This document shows positions 47,900-59,006 of a stretch of 59,890 bases of DNA, one piece after another. The notes beneath the pieces were generated by a model. It searched no databases. It was not told the origin of the DNA and saw only the letters and a program-made list of their open reading frames with translations. Numbering within the stretch: the first letter of the stretch is position 1; each line of letters opens with the position of its first letter. Both the position numbers and the translations under genes were made by a program. The DNA is from an uncultured Planctomycetia bacterium (GTDB lineage: Bacteria > Omnitrophota > Gorgyraeia > Pluralincolimonadales > Pluralincolimonadaceae): positions 1 to 59,890 of the forward strand of contig CAZAEH010000005.1 in NCBI GenBank assembly GCA_964484255.1. Direction: 5' to 3'.

Positions 47900-50575
47900 A
47901 TGCGAGAGATACCCTCGGCTTATAACCCGAAAGATACGGAAGAGAAATGGTATAAGACCTGGGAGGCTGCTAAATATTTTCACGCGGAACCTTCCGATAC
48001 TAAAAAACCGTATACCATCGTGATACCGCCCCCTAATGTGACCGGCATCCTGCACATGGGCCACGCGCTCAACGATACCGTGCAGGACATCCTGGTCAGG
48101 TGGAGAAGGATGCAGGGCTGGAACGCCGAATGGCTTCCCGGGACGGACCATGCGGGAATCGCAACGCAGAACGTTGTCGAAAAGAAGATAGCCAAAGAGG
48201 GTTTAAAGCGCCAGGACCTCGGCAGGGAGGATTTCATCAAGAGGGTCTGGCAATGGCGCGAAGAGTACGGCTCAACGATCATAACCCAACTCAAACGCCT
48301 CGGCTGCTCATGCGATTGGGAGCGGACCAGGTTTACCATGGACGAAGGGCTCTCCAACGCCGTAAAGGAGGTCTTCATTCGCCTTTATGAAAAAGACCTT
48401 ATATATCGCGGAAACTACATAATCAATTGGTGCCCAAGGTGCCAGACTGCCCTCAGTGACGAGGAGGCGCAGCATAAGGACCTGAACGGTTCGCTTTACT
48501 ACATAAAATATCCCGTAAAAGGCGAGAAGAGGTACGTTACCGTAGCCACTACGCGCCCGGAGACAATGCTCGGCGACGTTGCGGTCGCAGTAAACCCCGC
48601 CGACCCGCGCTTCAAAAACCTTATAGGCGAAACGTTGATACTCCCGATAATCGGCAGGGAGATAAAGGTCATCACCGACGGTTTCGTTGACATGGAATTT
48701 GGCACAGGTGCGGTAAAGGTCACTCCTGCGCATGATCCCAATGACTTTGAAATGGGCAGGCGCCATAGCCTTGAACCCGTGGTAGTGATGTCTCCGGACG
48801 GCACGATGAATGACAAGGCCGGTGATTACGCCGGCATGGACAGGTTCGAGGCCCGCGAGGCCATAATAGAGGACCTTAAGGACATTAAACTCCTCGAGAA
48901 GGTCGAGCCGCATGCCCACTCGGTAGGTCATTGCTACAGGTGCCATACCGTAGTGGAGCCGTATCTTTCGGAACAATGGTTTGTTAGGATGAAGCCCCTC
49001 GCTAAGCCCGGCATTGAAGCGGTAAGAAACGGGAAGATAAAGTTCCACCCCGAACGCTGGACCAAAGTCTACCTCGAATGGATGGAGAACATACGGGACT
49101 GGTGCATCTCGCGCCAGATATGGTGGGGCCACAGGATACCCGTATATTACTGCAATGAATGTAAAACCGCAGGGAAGAAGGGAATAATAGTCTCCCGCAC
49201 AAAACCCGAAAAATGCCCGGAATGCGGGAACTCGGAACTCTTTCAGGATGAGGACGTGCTCGATACATGGTTCTCATCATGGCTTTGGCCCTTCTCGACG
49301 TTCGGCTGGCCGGAGAAGACCGGAGACCTTTCGTATTTTTACCCGACTTCCACTCTCGCCACGGCACAGGAGATCATATTCTTCTGGGTCGCGAGGATGA
49401 TAATGGCCGGGTATGAGTTCATGGGAGATGCACCTTTCCGCGACGTTTATATCCACGGGACGGTAAGGGATGAGACGGGAGCGAAGATGTCAAAATCGCT
49501 CGGCAACATCATAGACCCCATAGATATAATAGACGAATACGGTACCGACGCGCTGCGTTTCAGCCTTATATCTATTACCGCGAGCGGCCAGGACGTATAC
49601 CTTTCCAGGGAAAAATTCGAACTCGGCAGGAACTTTGCCAACAAGGTATGGAATGCTTCGCGCTTCATACTGATGAATGTCGAGGGTGACATCATCCTGC
49701 CGCAGGAACTTTCCGGGGCAGGTCTTTCCTTCGCCGATAAATGGATAATCTCTCGCCTTAACAGGACGATCTCTTCGGTCGATTCCTCGCTTGAGAACTT
49801 CAGGTTTAACGAGGCTGCCAATACCATCTATGAATTCTTCTGGCACGAATTCTGCGACTGGTACGTCGAGCTGGCAAAACCGGAGATGACAAAGGATGAG
49901 TTCAAAGCTACCGCAAGAAAGAAGGTTCTCCAGTCGGTATTGATACACTGCATTGACAGCACCCTCAGGATGCTCCACCCGTTCATGCCGTTCGTCACCG
50001 AAGAAATATGGCAAAGCTTGCCGATAAATGATAGCCACGGGACCGGCTCCATAATGCTCGCCGAATGGCCGCAAGCGCAACCCGCCCTGCTCGATGAGTG
50101 TATCGAAAATGACATGGCGGTTACCATAGGTGTCATAACCTCTATACGCAATATACGTTCCGAGCTGAATATACAGCCGCAGAAGTTATGCAAAGCGTTA
50201 GTGTCGGGGAACACCAATAACCGCACAATACTCGGCGCTTCTGCGGAATATATAAAGAACCTTGCTCGCCTCGAGTCGTTCGAAGTAACAGAAAAACTCG
50301 TCCGCCCCAAGTTATCCTCTGTGGCCGTCTTTGGGGAATGCGAGATATGCGTTCCTCTTGAGGGCCTGGTAGACCTGGAGGCTGAGACAAGGAAGCTGTC
50401 CGGCAGGATAGGAGAGCTTGAAAAATATGCCAAATCGATTGAAAACAAACTCAATAACAGGAATTTTGCCGAAAGAGCGCCAAAGGCGGTGATCGACGGC
50501 GAGAAGGCAAAGCTTTCTGAAACAAGGATATCACTGGATAAATTGAAGGAGAACCTGAAACGATTAGAGACCTAG
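47900..50575 (+). CDS. valS: Valine--tRNA ligase
   Basis: PPPNVTGILHMGH, DHAGIATQ, WCISRQIWWGH, KMSKS, C-terminal coiled coil. Confidence 0.99.
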   Translation: MREIPSAYNPKDTEEKWYKTWEAAKYFHAEPSDTKKPYTIVIPPPNVTGILHMGHALNDTVQDILVRWRRMQGWNAEWLPGTDHAGIATQNVVEKKIAKEGLKRQDLGREDFIKRVWQWREEYGSTIITQLKRLGCSCDWERTRFTMDEGLSNAVKEVFIRLYEKDLIYRGNYIINWCPRCQTALSDEEAQHKDLNGSLYYIKYPVKGEKRYVTVATTRPETMLGDVAVAVNPADPRFKNLIGETLILPIIGREIKVITDGFVDMEFGTGAVKVTPAHDPNDFEMGRRHSLEPVVVMSPDGTMNDKAGDYAGMDRFEAREAIIEDLKDIKLLEKVEPHAHSVGHCYRCHTVVEPYLSEQWFVRMKPLAKPGIEAVRNGKIKFHPERWTKVYLEWMENIRDWCISRQIWWGHRIPVYYCNECKTAGKKGIIVSRTKPEKCPECGNSELFQDEDVLDTWFSSWLWPFSTFGWPEKTGDLSYFYPTSTLATAQEIIFFWVARMIMAGYEFMGDAPFRDVYIHGTVRDETGAKMSKSLGNIIDPIDIIDEYGTDALRFSLISITASGQDVYLSREKFELGRNFANKVWNASRFILMNVEGDIILPQELSGAGLSFADKWIISRLNRTISSVDSSLENFRFNEAANTIYEFFWHEFCDWYVELAKPEMTKDEFKATARKKVLQSVLIHCIDSTLRMLHPFMPFVTEEIWQSLPINDSHGTGSIMLAEWPQAQPALLDECIENDMAVTIGVITSIRNIRSELNIQPQKLCKALVSGNTNNRTILGASAEYIKNLARLESFEVTEKLVRPKLSSVAVFGECEICVPLEGLVDLEAETRKLSGRIGELEKYAKSIENKLNNRNFAERAPKAVIDGEKAKLSETRISLDKLKENLKRLET

Positions 50576-50586
50576 CAGATAAAGAG

Positions 50587-51423
50587 ATGCTTGACCTTAT
50601 CCGCCGCGCGATCGAAGAGGATGTCAACGGAGGCGATATAACTTCCAGACTGCTGTTCCCCAGGCCCGGTAAAGCGCAGGCAGTAATAACCGCGAAGGAA
50701 GAAGGCGTAGTCGCCGGCATGATGGTGGCGATGGCAGTCTTTGTTATGCGCGACTCGAAAGTGAAGTTCATGCCTCTCGTCATGGACGGAAGCAGGGTAA
50801 AACCCGGGCAGCAAATAGCCTATATAGAAGCGGACCTGGGCTCGATACTGACCGCCGAAAGGACCGCCCTTAATTTCCTGAGCAGGCTCTCCGGAATAGC
50901 CACCCTTACGGCCAGGTTCGTCGATGCAGTAGTCCCGTACAAGACCAGGATACTGGATACAAGAAAAACCACCCCAGGAATGCGGCTACTCGAAAAATAC
51001 GCCGTAAGCGCGGGAGGCGGGAGCAACCACAGGATAGGGCTCTTTGACCAGGTACTCATAAAAGATAACCATATAGCCGCATCCGGAAACAACTGGGACC
51101 TTATAGCTGAAGCCGTGAAGTCCGCCAGGAAGAAGAGGATAAAGTCCGAGGTAGAAGTCCAGGACATTACCCAATTCAGAAAAGTCCTTGAAATGGGTCC
51201 GGACATAATAATGCTCGATAACATGACCCTTAAGGAAATTAAACAAGCCGTAAAGCTGCGCGATAACGGGCATTTTGAAGTGAAACTTGAAGTTTCCGGA
51301 GGGGTGAACCTTAGGAATATAAGGAAGTTCGCTTCCTCGGGCGTAGACCTTATATCCATAGGCGCCTTGACCCATTCCGCGAAAGCAATAGATTTTTCTC
51401 TCGAGATCGTAGAAAACCAATGA
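50587..51423 (+). CDS. nadC: Nicotinate-nucleotide pyrophosphorylase (quinolinate phosphoribosyltransferase)
   Basis: ERTALN, DTRKTTPG, NHRIGL, LIKDNH, MLDN, SIGALTHS. Confidence 0.97.
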   Translation: MLDLIRRAIEEDVNGGDITSRLLFPRPGKAQAVITAKEEGVVAGMMVAMAVFVMRDSKVKFMPLVMDGSRVKPGQQIAYIEADLGSILTAERTALNFLSRLSGIATLTARFVDAVVPYKTRILDTRKTTPGMRLLEKYAVSAGGGSNHRIGLFDQVLIKDNHIAASGNNWDLIAEAVKSARKKRIKSEVEVQDITQFRKVLEMGPDIIMLDNMTLKEIKQAVKLRDNGHFEVKLEVSGGVNLRNIRKFASSGVDLISIGALTHSAKAIDFSLEIVENQ

Positions 51424-51794
51424 GCCAGCTGCTCCAGATTATAATCGGAGGCGCGCTCGGGACGGTCTCCAGGTATGCCGTCTCTGTGCTCGTTTACAGG
51501 TCTGCCGGTGCAGATTTTCCTTACGGCACCCTGGTTGTCAACTTGACAGGATGTTTCCTTATCGGTTTCCTGGCATCGGTTACGGAAGACAGGCTTCTCC
51601 TCGGTTCCAATATCAGGGCTTTCCTAATGATAGGATTTTGCGGGGCCTTTACTACATTTTCCACCTTCATACTCGAAACTGCCAACCTGATAAAGGACGG
51701 GGAGACGTCCAGGGCGCTTGCCAATGTCCTTTTAAGCGTAATTGCCGGGTTTATCGTATTCAGGCTGGGAGTGCTGGCAGGAGACCTGGTATAG
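51420..51794 (+). CDS. crcB: Fluoride efflux channel Fluc/CrcB
   Basis: GGALG..SRY, PYGTLVVN, GFCGAFTTFSTF; four TM helices. Confidence 0.95.
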   Translation: MSQLLQIIIGGALGTVSRYAVSVLVYRSAGADFPYGTLVVNLTGCFLIGFLASVTEDRLLLGSNIRAFLMIGFCGAFTTFSTFILETANLIKDGETSRALANVLLSVIAGFIVFRLGVLAGDLV

Positions 51795-51812
51795 AAAAAA
51801 GGGGGCTAATAC

Positions 51813-52151
51813 ATGAAGATACCTGCGGACGGAAAACTGCTCAGGATATTCATCGGCGAGGCCGACAAATTTAGCGGTAAGCCGCTTTATGAAGAGATAG
51901 TCCTTCTCGCAAAGAAGGAAGGCATGGCGGGCGCTACGGTCATCAAGGGATCCATGGGTTTTGGCTGCAAAAGCCGCATGCACACCGCAAAATTACTTGA
52001 GCTTTCTTCGGACCTGCCCGTGGTTATCGAAATAGTCGACAGCGAAGAAAAGATCAGCGGTTTTATACCTCATCTTGATGAAATGGTAAAGGAAGGCCTC
52101 GTGACACTTGAAAAGGCCAACGTTATAATGTACAGGGCCGGAAGTAAATAG
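51813..52151 (+). CDS. DUF190 (PII-like) protein
   Basis: LLRIFIGEAD, GMAGATV.KG.MGFG, LSSDLPVVIEIVD, GLVTLE; 112 aa; follows crcB. Confidence 0.85.
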   Translation: MKIPADGKLLRIFIGEADKFSGKPLYEEIVLLAKKEGMAGATVIKGSMGFGCKSRMHTAKLLELSSDLPVVIEIVDSEEKISGFIPHLDEMVKEGLVTLEKANVIMYRAGSK

Positions 52152-52166
52152 GTCTCGCAAACTGCA

Positions 52167-54221
52167 ATGAAAAAGATCGAACCCAAGAACTGGGAAGAGA
52201 TAGCCAAGCATAAGGGTATGGACAAAGCCAGGGGGCTCGCAGGATGGGAGGGCAGCCGCGACAGGACATTCATAGGCAAAGACGGTTCCTTCGCTGTTTA
52301 CCCGTATCCTTTCAGGTTAAGCTTCTGGATATACGACAGGCACACCGACAGGTTATATACCCCTGAGACCCTTGAAACACGATGGAACCTGGTCGAAGGC
52401 GGTTATCCCGTCACCGTCGTCAGTTGGAAAGACTCCGATATCGAAGTATCTACAACTATATTCTCGTGGCTTGATGAAAAACTGGGGAAAGTACTGACCT
52501 ATGCCAGGGAGTCGGTAACCAATACCGGCAAGAGGGATAGAGAGGTCTCCATATATGCAGTAATACGCGAGAACCCGCTATATCCGAAATGGAAGGTAGA
52601 AGGCGTAAAGACGGTAGAATACGACTCCGACCATACCGTCACCATAAACAGCACGGCACGCCTTTTCCTGGACGAAAGGGCTGACGGGCCTTTCGGCAAA
52701 GATATCAAGGGCGGCCTGTCTTTTACCAGAAATATACCGGTGGCGGGCACCGAGAGCCTCGATTTCATGGTTCCTTCCCCGGAAGGCAAGCCGGTAAATT
52801 TCAATGATATAAAAGATCTGGGGTTCGACGAGGCGCTTGATTTGACGATCGCCTTCTGGAAAGAGCGGATCCCGGTAAAACTGGACCTTCCCGATAAGAG
52901 ATACTCCGATTGTTTTTATTCGTCACTCTATTATATCCTCATGATGAACGAACAGCACAAGCTCTACCCCGGGCCCTATGAATACGTATCGCTCTTCCTG
53001 CACGACGCCATAGACATGGATAATGCTCTCGATAAAGCAGGCCTGAAAGAGGAGGCAAGGGATTCTACCGATTACTTCGATTACAAGGAAGGCGGCGGAT
53101 ACGTAGACGAACTCGGCGGGAGCATATTCGGCCTTTATGAGCATTACCGGCTCAGCGGGGACAGGGAATTCCTTGAAGGCGCCTATCCGCGCATGAGGTC
53201 CGCGTGCGAGCTCATAAAAAAACTCAGGGCGCCCCAGCTCGAACTGCCGAAAGATGATCCTTCATACGGTTTGCTGCCCAAGGGGGTAAGCCAGGACAAT
53301 TTCAAGATACCTGCGCATCTATACGTAGACAACTGGTGGGCCATAATAGGGCTCAAAGCGGCATATGAATCCGCGCTTGTCCTCGGACATGCCGAAGACG
53401 CCAAGTTGATAAGATCGGAATACGACAGCCTCCATTCTTCGACCATTGCCAGCATAGAGAAGGTCATGAAGAAGGAAGGGTTGTCCTTCATGCCCGGGTT
53501 CGCGGACTACTGGCCGGAATCGATGAGGATAATAGACCGGGAGCACAGGATACTCGGTGATGCGCAAATGGCATGGGCACACAGGCCGGCCCTGGTCCCG
53601 GGGCAGAACATGGGCATACCGCTGCCCATGAAACTCTTTGAGGTATCCTATAGGTATTACTGGAAGAACGCGGGAAAGTTCTCTAATCATGACGGCGGAT
53701 GGTTCGTAGAATACGAAAAGGTCTTCTGGGGTTACAATTTCAAACTGGCGCACCCTCTGATATACCTCGGCATGGAGGATATTGCCCTCAAAAATATCGA
53801 ATGGGGCATCGAGCACCAGTCCTGCCCGGGAGGATGGATGGAAGCTATGCCCAGCAAGATCAATGAAAAGGGCCTGCGCGAGATCTCTGAGGGTATAATA
53901 GGGGACGTACCGCACGGCTGGTCGGCTGCGCATTATGTCCTGCTGCTTCGCGACATGATATTAAGGGAAGACGGCCAGAAATTACTCCTGTTATCATGTA
54001 TCCCGGAACAATGGATGGATGATGGTAAAACCGTAAGCATAAGCAATGCGCCTACATATTTCGGGAACATGACTTTCAAGGCGGAGAGCTTCAGGAGTAA
54101 GGGTTTCCTAAGGCTGACCATAGACACCGAAACCCCGCCGCCCGGAGGATATACATTGTTCATGGGCAAAAAGAGGGTGGAGATACCGCCCCAGACAAAG
54201 ACCCTGGATATAGTATTTTAA
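52167..54221 (+). CDS. Six-hairpin (alpha/alpha)6 glycosidase-like protein, cytoplasmic, without discoidin domains
   Basis: [47 protein letters not shown]. These motifs are colinear with the C-terminal half of the gene at 1-2547. Confidence 0.6.
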   Translation: MKKIEPKNWEEIAKHKGMDKARGLAGWEGSRDRTFIGKDGSFAVYPYPFRLSFWIYDRHTDRLYTPETLETRWNLVEGGYPVTVVSWKDSDIEVSTTIFSWLDEKLGKVLTYARESVTNTGKRDREVSIYAVIRENPLYPKWKVEGVKTVEYDSDHTVTINSTARLFLDERADGPFGKDIKGGLSFTRNIPVAGTESLDFMVPSPEGKPVNFNDIKDLGFDEALDLTIAFWKERIPVKLDLPDKRYSDCFYSSLYYILMMNEQHKLYPGPYEYVSLFLHDAIDMDNALDKAGLKEEARDSTDYFDYKEGGGYVDELGGSIFGLYEHYRLSGDREFLEGAYPRMRSACELIKKLRAPQLELPKDDPSYGLLPKGVSQDNFKIPAHLYVDNWWAIIGLKAAYESALVLGHAEDAKLIRSEYDSLHSSTIASIEKVMKKEGLSFMPGFADYWPESMRIIDREHRILGDAQMAWAHRPALVPGQNMGIPLPMKLFEVSYRYYWKNAGKFSNHDGGWFVEYEKVFWGYNFKLAHPLIYLGMEDIALKNIEWGIEHQSCPGGWMEAMPSKINEKGLREISEGIIGDVPHGWSAAHYVLLLRDMILREDGQKLLLLSCIPEQWMDDGKTVSISNAPTYFGNMTFKAESFRSKGFLRLTIDTETPPPGGYTLFMGKKRVEIPPQTKTLDIVF

Positions 54222-54222
54222 G

Positions 54223-56199
54223 ATGGCCAAGTTCAAGTTAGTTTCGTCTTTCAAACCGGAAGGCGACCAGCCGCAGGCCATAAAGTCGCTTAAGGAAGGC
54301 TTGCGATCCGGTAAAAAATTCCAGACACTCTTAGGCGTCACCGGTTCGGGCAAAACATTCACCATGGCCAACGTCATAGCCGGCGTCGGCAAACCCGCCC
54401 TTGTCATATCACATAACAAGACACTGGCCGCGCAGCTTTACAGCGAGTTCCGGGAATTCTTTCCCGGGAACGCCGTGGAATACTTCGTCAGCTACTACGA
54501 CTATTACCAGCCCGAGGCCTATATACCCCAAACCGATACTTATATCGAAAAAGACTCCTCGGTAAACGACCGCCTCGATCGCCTCCGTTTATCCGCGACC
54601 TCATCGCTCATGTCCCGCAACGATGTCATAATAGTCGCAAGCGTATCATGCATATACAACCTCGGCTCCCCGGAAGATTATTCATCGATGATGGTCGCCC
54701 TGGAAAAAGGGCAAAAAACGGACAGGGATGAGTTGATACGCAAGCTCATAGGCATACAATACGAGCGCAACGATGTTGATTTTGCGCGCGGGAAGATCAG
54801 GGTCCGCGGCGATACAGTAGAGATCTTTCCTGCCTATTCGGAAAGAGCGATCAGGTTCTCGCTGTTTGGCGATGATATAGAGAAGATAACGGAGTTCGAC
54901 CCGGTATCCCAAAAAACTGTCTCGGAACTCGATCGCACAGCCATATATCCCGCCAAACATTTTCTTACTTCTGCCCCCAGGATAGAAGAGGCCCTGAAAG
55001 CGATAAAGGCAGAACTCGCCGAACGCCTGGAAACCCTGCGCGCAAAGAACAAACTTCTCGAGGCGCAGAGACTGGAGCAGAGGACGAATTACGACATGGA
55101 GATGCTCAGGGAGATAGGCTATTGCCACGGCGTCGAGAATTATTCAAGGCACTTGGGGGGCAGGCCGTCAGGAGCCAGGCCTTATTGCCTTATAGATTAT
55201 TTCCCGGATGATTTCCTGATGATAATAGATGAATCCCACGTGACCATCCCCCAGATCAGGGGTATGTTCGAAGGCGACCGCGCAAGGAAGACGACGCTTG
55301 TCGATTTCGGTTTCCGCCTGCCTTCTTGCCTCGATAACAGGCCCCTAAGGTTCGATGAGTTCGAGGGTCTGATGAAACAGGCCGTATTCGCCTCAGCCAC
55401 ACCGTCAGAATATGAGATACGCAAGTCCGGGGCAAGGGTCATAGAGCAGGTCATCAGGCCTACCGGACTTGTCGACCCTGAGATCATCATTAAGCCGGTA
55501 GGGAACCAGGTAGATGACATAATCGAACGCACAAAGGAAAGGGCCGCTAAGAAAGAGCGGGTGCTCGTAACAACACTGACCAAGCGTATGGCCGAAGACC
55601 TGTCGGGATACCTTGAAGACCTTGGCCTGCGCGTCAAATACATACATTCGGACATAGATGCCATTGAACGTGTAAAGATACTCAAAGAACTGCGGCTTGG
55701 GGAATTCGATTGCCTGGTGGGTGTAAACCTGCTCAGGGAAGGGCTCGACCTGCCGGAGGTATCGCTTGTTGCCGTCCTGGACGCAGATAAGGAAGGATTT
55801 CTGCGCTCTGAAACCTCGCTTATCCAGTTGGCCGGGCGCGCTGCCCGGCATATCAACGGGCAGGTCATAATGTATGCGGACAACATTACAGGTTCGCTCA
55901 AGAGGGCGATAGATGAAACAAACCGTAGACGAAACCTGCAATTAGAGTATAATATGAAAAACGATATAACCCCGAGATCCATAAATAAAGCTATACGCGA
56001 AGGCATAGAGATGCTGCAGGATGCCGAAGAGGTGGAGATGGAAGCGGCAGGGATAGGGGTCGAGGGCTATGATACTGAAAAAGTAATAGAGGAACTTGAA
56101 TACGAGATGGACCTGGCGGCGCGTAACCTGCAGTTCGAAAAAGCGGCCGCTATAAGGGATAAAATAATTGAGCTAAAGGACAGATTGAATGGACGATAA
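54223..56199 (+). CDS. uvrB: Excinuclease ABC subunit B
   Basis: [38 protein letters not shown]-terminal UVR domain. Confidence 0.99.
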   Translation: MAKFKLVSSFKPEGDQPQAIKSLKEGLRSGKKFQTLLGVTGSGKTFTMANVIAGVGKPALVISHNKTLAAQLYSEFREFFPGNAVEYFVSYYDYYQPEAYIPQTDTYIEKDSSVNDRLDRLRLSATSSLMSRNDVIIVASVSCIYNLGSPEDYSSMMVALEKGQKTDRDELIRKLIGIQYERNDVDFARGKIRVRGDTVEIFPAYSERAIRFSLFGDDIEKITEFDPVSQKTVSELDRTAIYPAKHFLTSAPRIEEALKAIKAELAERLETLRAKNKLLEAQRLEQRTNYDMEMLREIGYCHGVENYSRHLGGRPSGARPYCLIDYFPDDFLMIIDESHVTIPQIRGMFEGDRARKTTLVDFGFRLPSCLDNRPLRFDEFEGLMKQAVFASATPSEYEIRKSGARVIEQVIRPTGLVDPEIIIKPVGNQVDDIIERTKERAAKKERVLVTTLTKRMAEDLSGYLEDLGLRVKYIHSDIDAIERVKILKELRLGEFDCLVGVNLLREGLDLPEVSLVAVLDADKEGFLRSETSLIQLAGRAARHINGQVIMYADNITGSLKRAIDETNRRRNLQLEYNMKNDITPRSINKAIREGIEMLQDAEEVEMEAAGIGVEGYDTEKVIEELEYEMDLAARNLQFEKAAAIRDKIIELKDRLNGR

Positions 56200-57148
56200 G
56201 ATATTGAACATGTTCCGCGCCTCTAACGGTGAGTTCATATCGGGGGAGGACATAAGCGAGAAGTTCGGGATATCCCGCGCTGCTGTATGGAAACACATCG
56301 AACAACTGCGCAAAGACGGCTACGATATAACAGGGGAACCTCACGTCGGTTACCGTCTTACCGGCACCCCGGACAAGCTGATACCGGAAGAGCTTTCATA
56401 CAAACTTGATACAAAGATGATCGGCAGGAAGATATATTCCTACGAATCTACGGACTCGACAAACGACGTTGCGCACAGGCTCGCGCAGTCGGGGTCACCG
56501 GAAGGCACGACGGTGTTCAGCGAGAGCCAATCCAGGGGACGCGGGAGGATGGGCAGGCATTGGGTATCTCCCAAAGGCAAAGGGATATATTTTTCGTTCA
56601 TATTAAGGCCGGACGTCCCTCCGGCAGAGGCCCCGAAGATAACATTGATGTCCGCCGTAGGCGTAGCGCTTGCCATAAGGAAAATAACGCACCTCGGGGC
56701 CCTGATAAAATGGCCCAACGATATATTGGTGAACGAGCGGAAGGCAGTCGGGATACTTACCGAGATGAGCGCCGAGGTCAATACGGTCAACTACATCGTC
56801 CTGGGCATCGGGATAAACGTCAATACCTCCAGGAGCGACCTGCCGAAAGAGGCCACTTCACTTAAGGCCGAGGCAGGCGGAGAAGTGCCCCGTGTCGAGC
56901 TTGCCCGGGAGGTCCTAAGAGAGCTTGACAGGCAGTATCGCGTATTCAATGAAAAAGGGTTCAAGAAGATAATAAACGAGTGGAAAGGTCTTTCGCATAC
57001 CCTCGGAGAGGAAGTAAATATAACCTGCCATGGCAGGAAGATAGAAGGCACCGCCGTTGATCTCGATATGTCAGGCGCTTTAGTAGTTCGACTCGATAAC
57101 GGCTTCACGCAGCACGTCACTGCCGGCGACGTACTTATGGCAAGGTAA
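56189..57148 (+). CDS. birA: Bifunctional biotin protein ligase/repressor BirA
   Basis: N-terminal wHTH ([10 protein letters not shown]), [31 protein letters not shown]. Confidence 0.96.
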   Translation: MDDKILNMFRASNGEFISGEDISEKFGISRAAVWKHIEQLRKDGYDITGEPHVGYRLTGTPDKLIPEELSYKLDTKMIGRKIYSYESTDSTNDVAHRLAQSGSPEGTTVFSESQSRGRGRMGRHWVSPKGKGIYFSFILRPDVPPAEAPKITLMSAVGVALAIRKITHLGALIKWPNDILVNERKAVGILTEMSAEVNTVNYIVLGIGINVNTSRSDLPKEATSLKAEAGGEVPRVELAREVLRELDRQYRVFNEKGFKKIINEWKGLSHTLGEEVNITCHGRKIEGTAVDLDMSGALVVRLDNGFTQHVTAGDVLMAR

Positions 57149-57153
57149 ATTAT

Positions 57154-57864
57154 ATGAGTACCGTAATATCCGATACCAAAGGCCTTAAGGACTTTTATAA
57201 CGGCGTCTACGCCAAAGGCGACATCCGCGACAACGAAAAACTCTACAGGTGGATCGTCAAGCTTTGTGATCCCAAACCAGGCAATAAACTGCTCGATATC
57301 GCCTGCGGCATAGGGCTGGTGCTGAAAGCAGGGAATGAATCGGGACTAAGGACCTGCGGCCTGGATATATCGGACGAAGCGATAAAACGCGCGAAGGCAA
57401 TATCCCCGGAGTCCGAATTGGTCGTTGGGGACGGCGAGAACCTTCCGTGGCCTGACGGTTCATTTGATCATGTTACTTCTCTCGGAAGCCTTGAGCACTA
57501 CCTGGACCCCGAAAAGGGCATGAGAGAGATAGCCAGGATGCTCAAGCCCGGCGCAACGGCGGTCGTAATGCTGCCGAACAGCTATTCCTTTGGAGAAATA
57601 ATACAGGTTGCTTTTACCGGAAAGAGCTCTGATGAATGGCAGGCGGTCGAGCGCCACGCTACGGTTTTACAGTGGAAGGACCTCCTCGGGAAAAACGGGC
57701 TAAGGGTCAGAAGGATAAAGGGTTATAACAAGTATCCAGAATTCTTTAAACCCGGAACTCGCAAGATAAAATCACTAAGGAAATTCATCATTACCTGTTT
57801 TTTCCGTTACCTGACACCTTTCAACCTTTCGCAGCAGTTCGTATATATATGCGAAAAGAAATAA
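57154..57864 (+). CDS. Class I SAM-dependent methyltransferase
   Basis: LLDIACGIG, GLDIS, GDGENLPW..GSFD, LEH, LKPG. Confidence 0.88.
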   Translation: MSTVISDTKGLKDFYNGVYAKGDIRDNEKLYRWIVKLCDPKPGNKLLDIACGIGLVLKAGNESGLRTCGLDISDEAIKRAKAISPESELVVGDGENLPWPDGSFDHVTSLGSLEHYLDPEKGMREIARMLKPGATAVVMLPNSYSFGEIIQVAFTGKSSDEWQAVERHATVLQWKDLLGKNGLRVRRIKGYNKYPEFFKPGTRKIKSLRKFIITCFFRYLTPFNLSQQFVYICEKK

Positions 57865-57873
57865 GGATGTAAT

Positions 57874-58599
57874 ATGCTTTTAACCGTTGATATAGGAAAT
57901 ACCAGTGTTGCGTTCGGGATGTTCAGTGGGAAGACCCTCGTCCGCAACTGGAAGGTACCGACCCAGGAGATATTGTCCGGGAAAGCGCTAAAGCTTCCTA
58001 AGGCGAAAGTAACCCGCTCGATAATATCGAGCGTAGTACCTAAAGCGACGCCTGCAGTCAAACGGGCGTCGGCGCGCGAATACGGGATAGCCCCGCTTGT
58101 ACTCGGAGAGAATATAAAAGCGCCGATAAAGAACCTTTACAAGAAACCGCGGCAGGTCGGGCAGGACCGTCTCGTGAACGCAATAGCGGCAAAAGAACTA
58201 TACGGATGCCCTGCCATAGTCGTGGATTTTGGGACGGCAATAACTTTTGACGTCGTATCCAAAAAAGGAGAGTACCTCGGCGGATTGATCTTCCCCGGGA
58301 TAGAGACATCTCTCAATGCCCTGTCTGAAAAAGCCGCGCTACTTCCTAAAATAAGCGTAACACCCCCTAAGGGCCTGATCGGTCGCGATACCGCCGACAG
58401 CATCAAGAGCGGGGTATTTTATGGGATCGGGTCACTCTGCGACGGGATCATATCAAGACTCGATTCCGTAAAATCCGTAAGGATGACAGTCATAGCCACC
58501 GGCGGACATGCCTTAGTTATATCGAAATTTACCAAGAACATAAGGCTTATCGATCCGCACCTGACCCTGCAAGGCCTAAGGATAATCGCTCAAAAATAA
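57874..58599 (+). CDS. coaX: Type III pantothenate kinase
   Basis: VDIGNT, SSVVP, VGQDRL, VDFGTAITFD, GGLIFPG, ATGG. Confidence 0.95.
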   Translation: MLLTVDIGNTSVAFGMFSGKTLVRNWKVPTQEILSGKALKLPKAKVTRSIISSVVPKATPAVKRASAREYGIAPLVLGENIKAPIKNLYKKPRQVGQDRLVNAIAAKELYGCPAIVVDFGTAITFDVVSKKGEYLGGLIFPGIETSLNALSEKAALLPKISVTPPKGLIGRDTADSIKSGVFYGIGSLCDGIISRLDSVKSVRMTVIATGGHALVISKFTKNIRLIDPHLTLQGLRIIAQK

Positions 58600-58608
58600 A
58601 AATTTTTC

Positions 58609-58636
58609 TTGACAAAATTGCCAGGAATCGTATAAT
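58609..58636 (+). promoter_or_regulatory. sigma70-type promoter of groESL
   Basis: TTGACA (58609-58614), 16 nt, TATAAT (58631-58636). Confidence 0.8.
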
Positions 58637-58647
58637 AATATCCAAAA

Positions 58648-58674
58648 TTAGCACTCTGAATATTGGAGTGCTAA
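58648..58674 (+). promoter_or_regulatory. CIRCE element (HrcA operator)
   Basis: Perfect TTAGCACTC-N9-GAGTGCTAA between the promoter and groES. Confidence 0.97.
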
Positions 58675-58718
58675 TTTCTTCGTTTTTCCCGGCAAATCAA
58701 ACCAATCGGAGGTGTTAA

Positions 58719-59006
58719 ATGGCAGTTCAACCGTTAGGCGACAGGCTTCTTGTCAAGCCCATGGAGAGTGAGGAGAAGACCAAGGGCGGCATTATCCTGC
58801 CGGATACGGCCAAGGAGAAACCATCCAAGGGCAAGGTAGTTGCCGTTGGCAAAGGCAAGCTCCTTGACGACGGCAAGGTCAAGGAACTTGAAGTTAAAGT
58901 TGGCGACGTGGTACTGTACGGACGCTACGGCGGCACCGAGATCAAATATAAGGATGAAGAGTTGCTCATCCTCAGGGAATCGGAAATATTGGCGGTAGTC
59001 AAATAA
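58719..59006 (+). CDS. groES: Co-chaperonin GroES
   Basis: [36 protein letters not shown]; RBS GGAGG. Confidence 0.99.
   Translation: MAVQPLGDRLLVKPMESEEKTKGGIILPDTAKEKPSKGKVVAVGKGKLLDDGKVKELEVKVGDVVLYGRYGGTEIKYKDEELLILRESEILAVVK

Noticed and set aside
52149-52166. In-frame TAG separating DUF190 from the glycosidase-like gene; also TAG-ATG junctions at hisD/hisB (10302) and lepB/pgsA (39160)
   Set aside because: Amber read-through or pyrrolysine fusion has no support: no pyl genes or PYLIS, each protein is complete alone, and in-frame adjacency occurs by chance one time in three.
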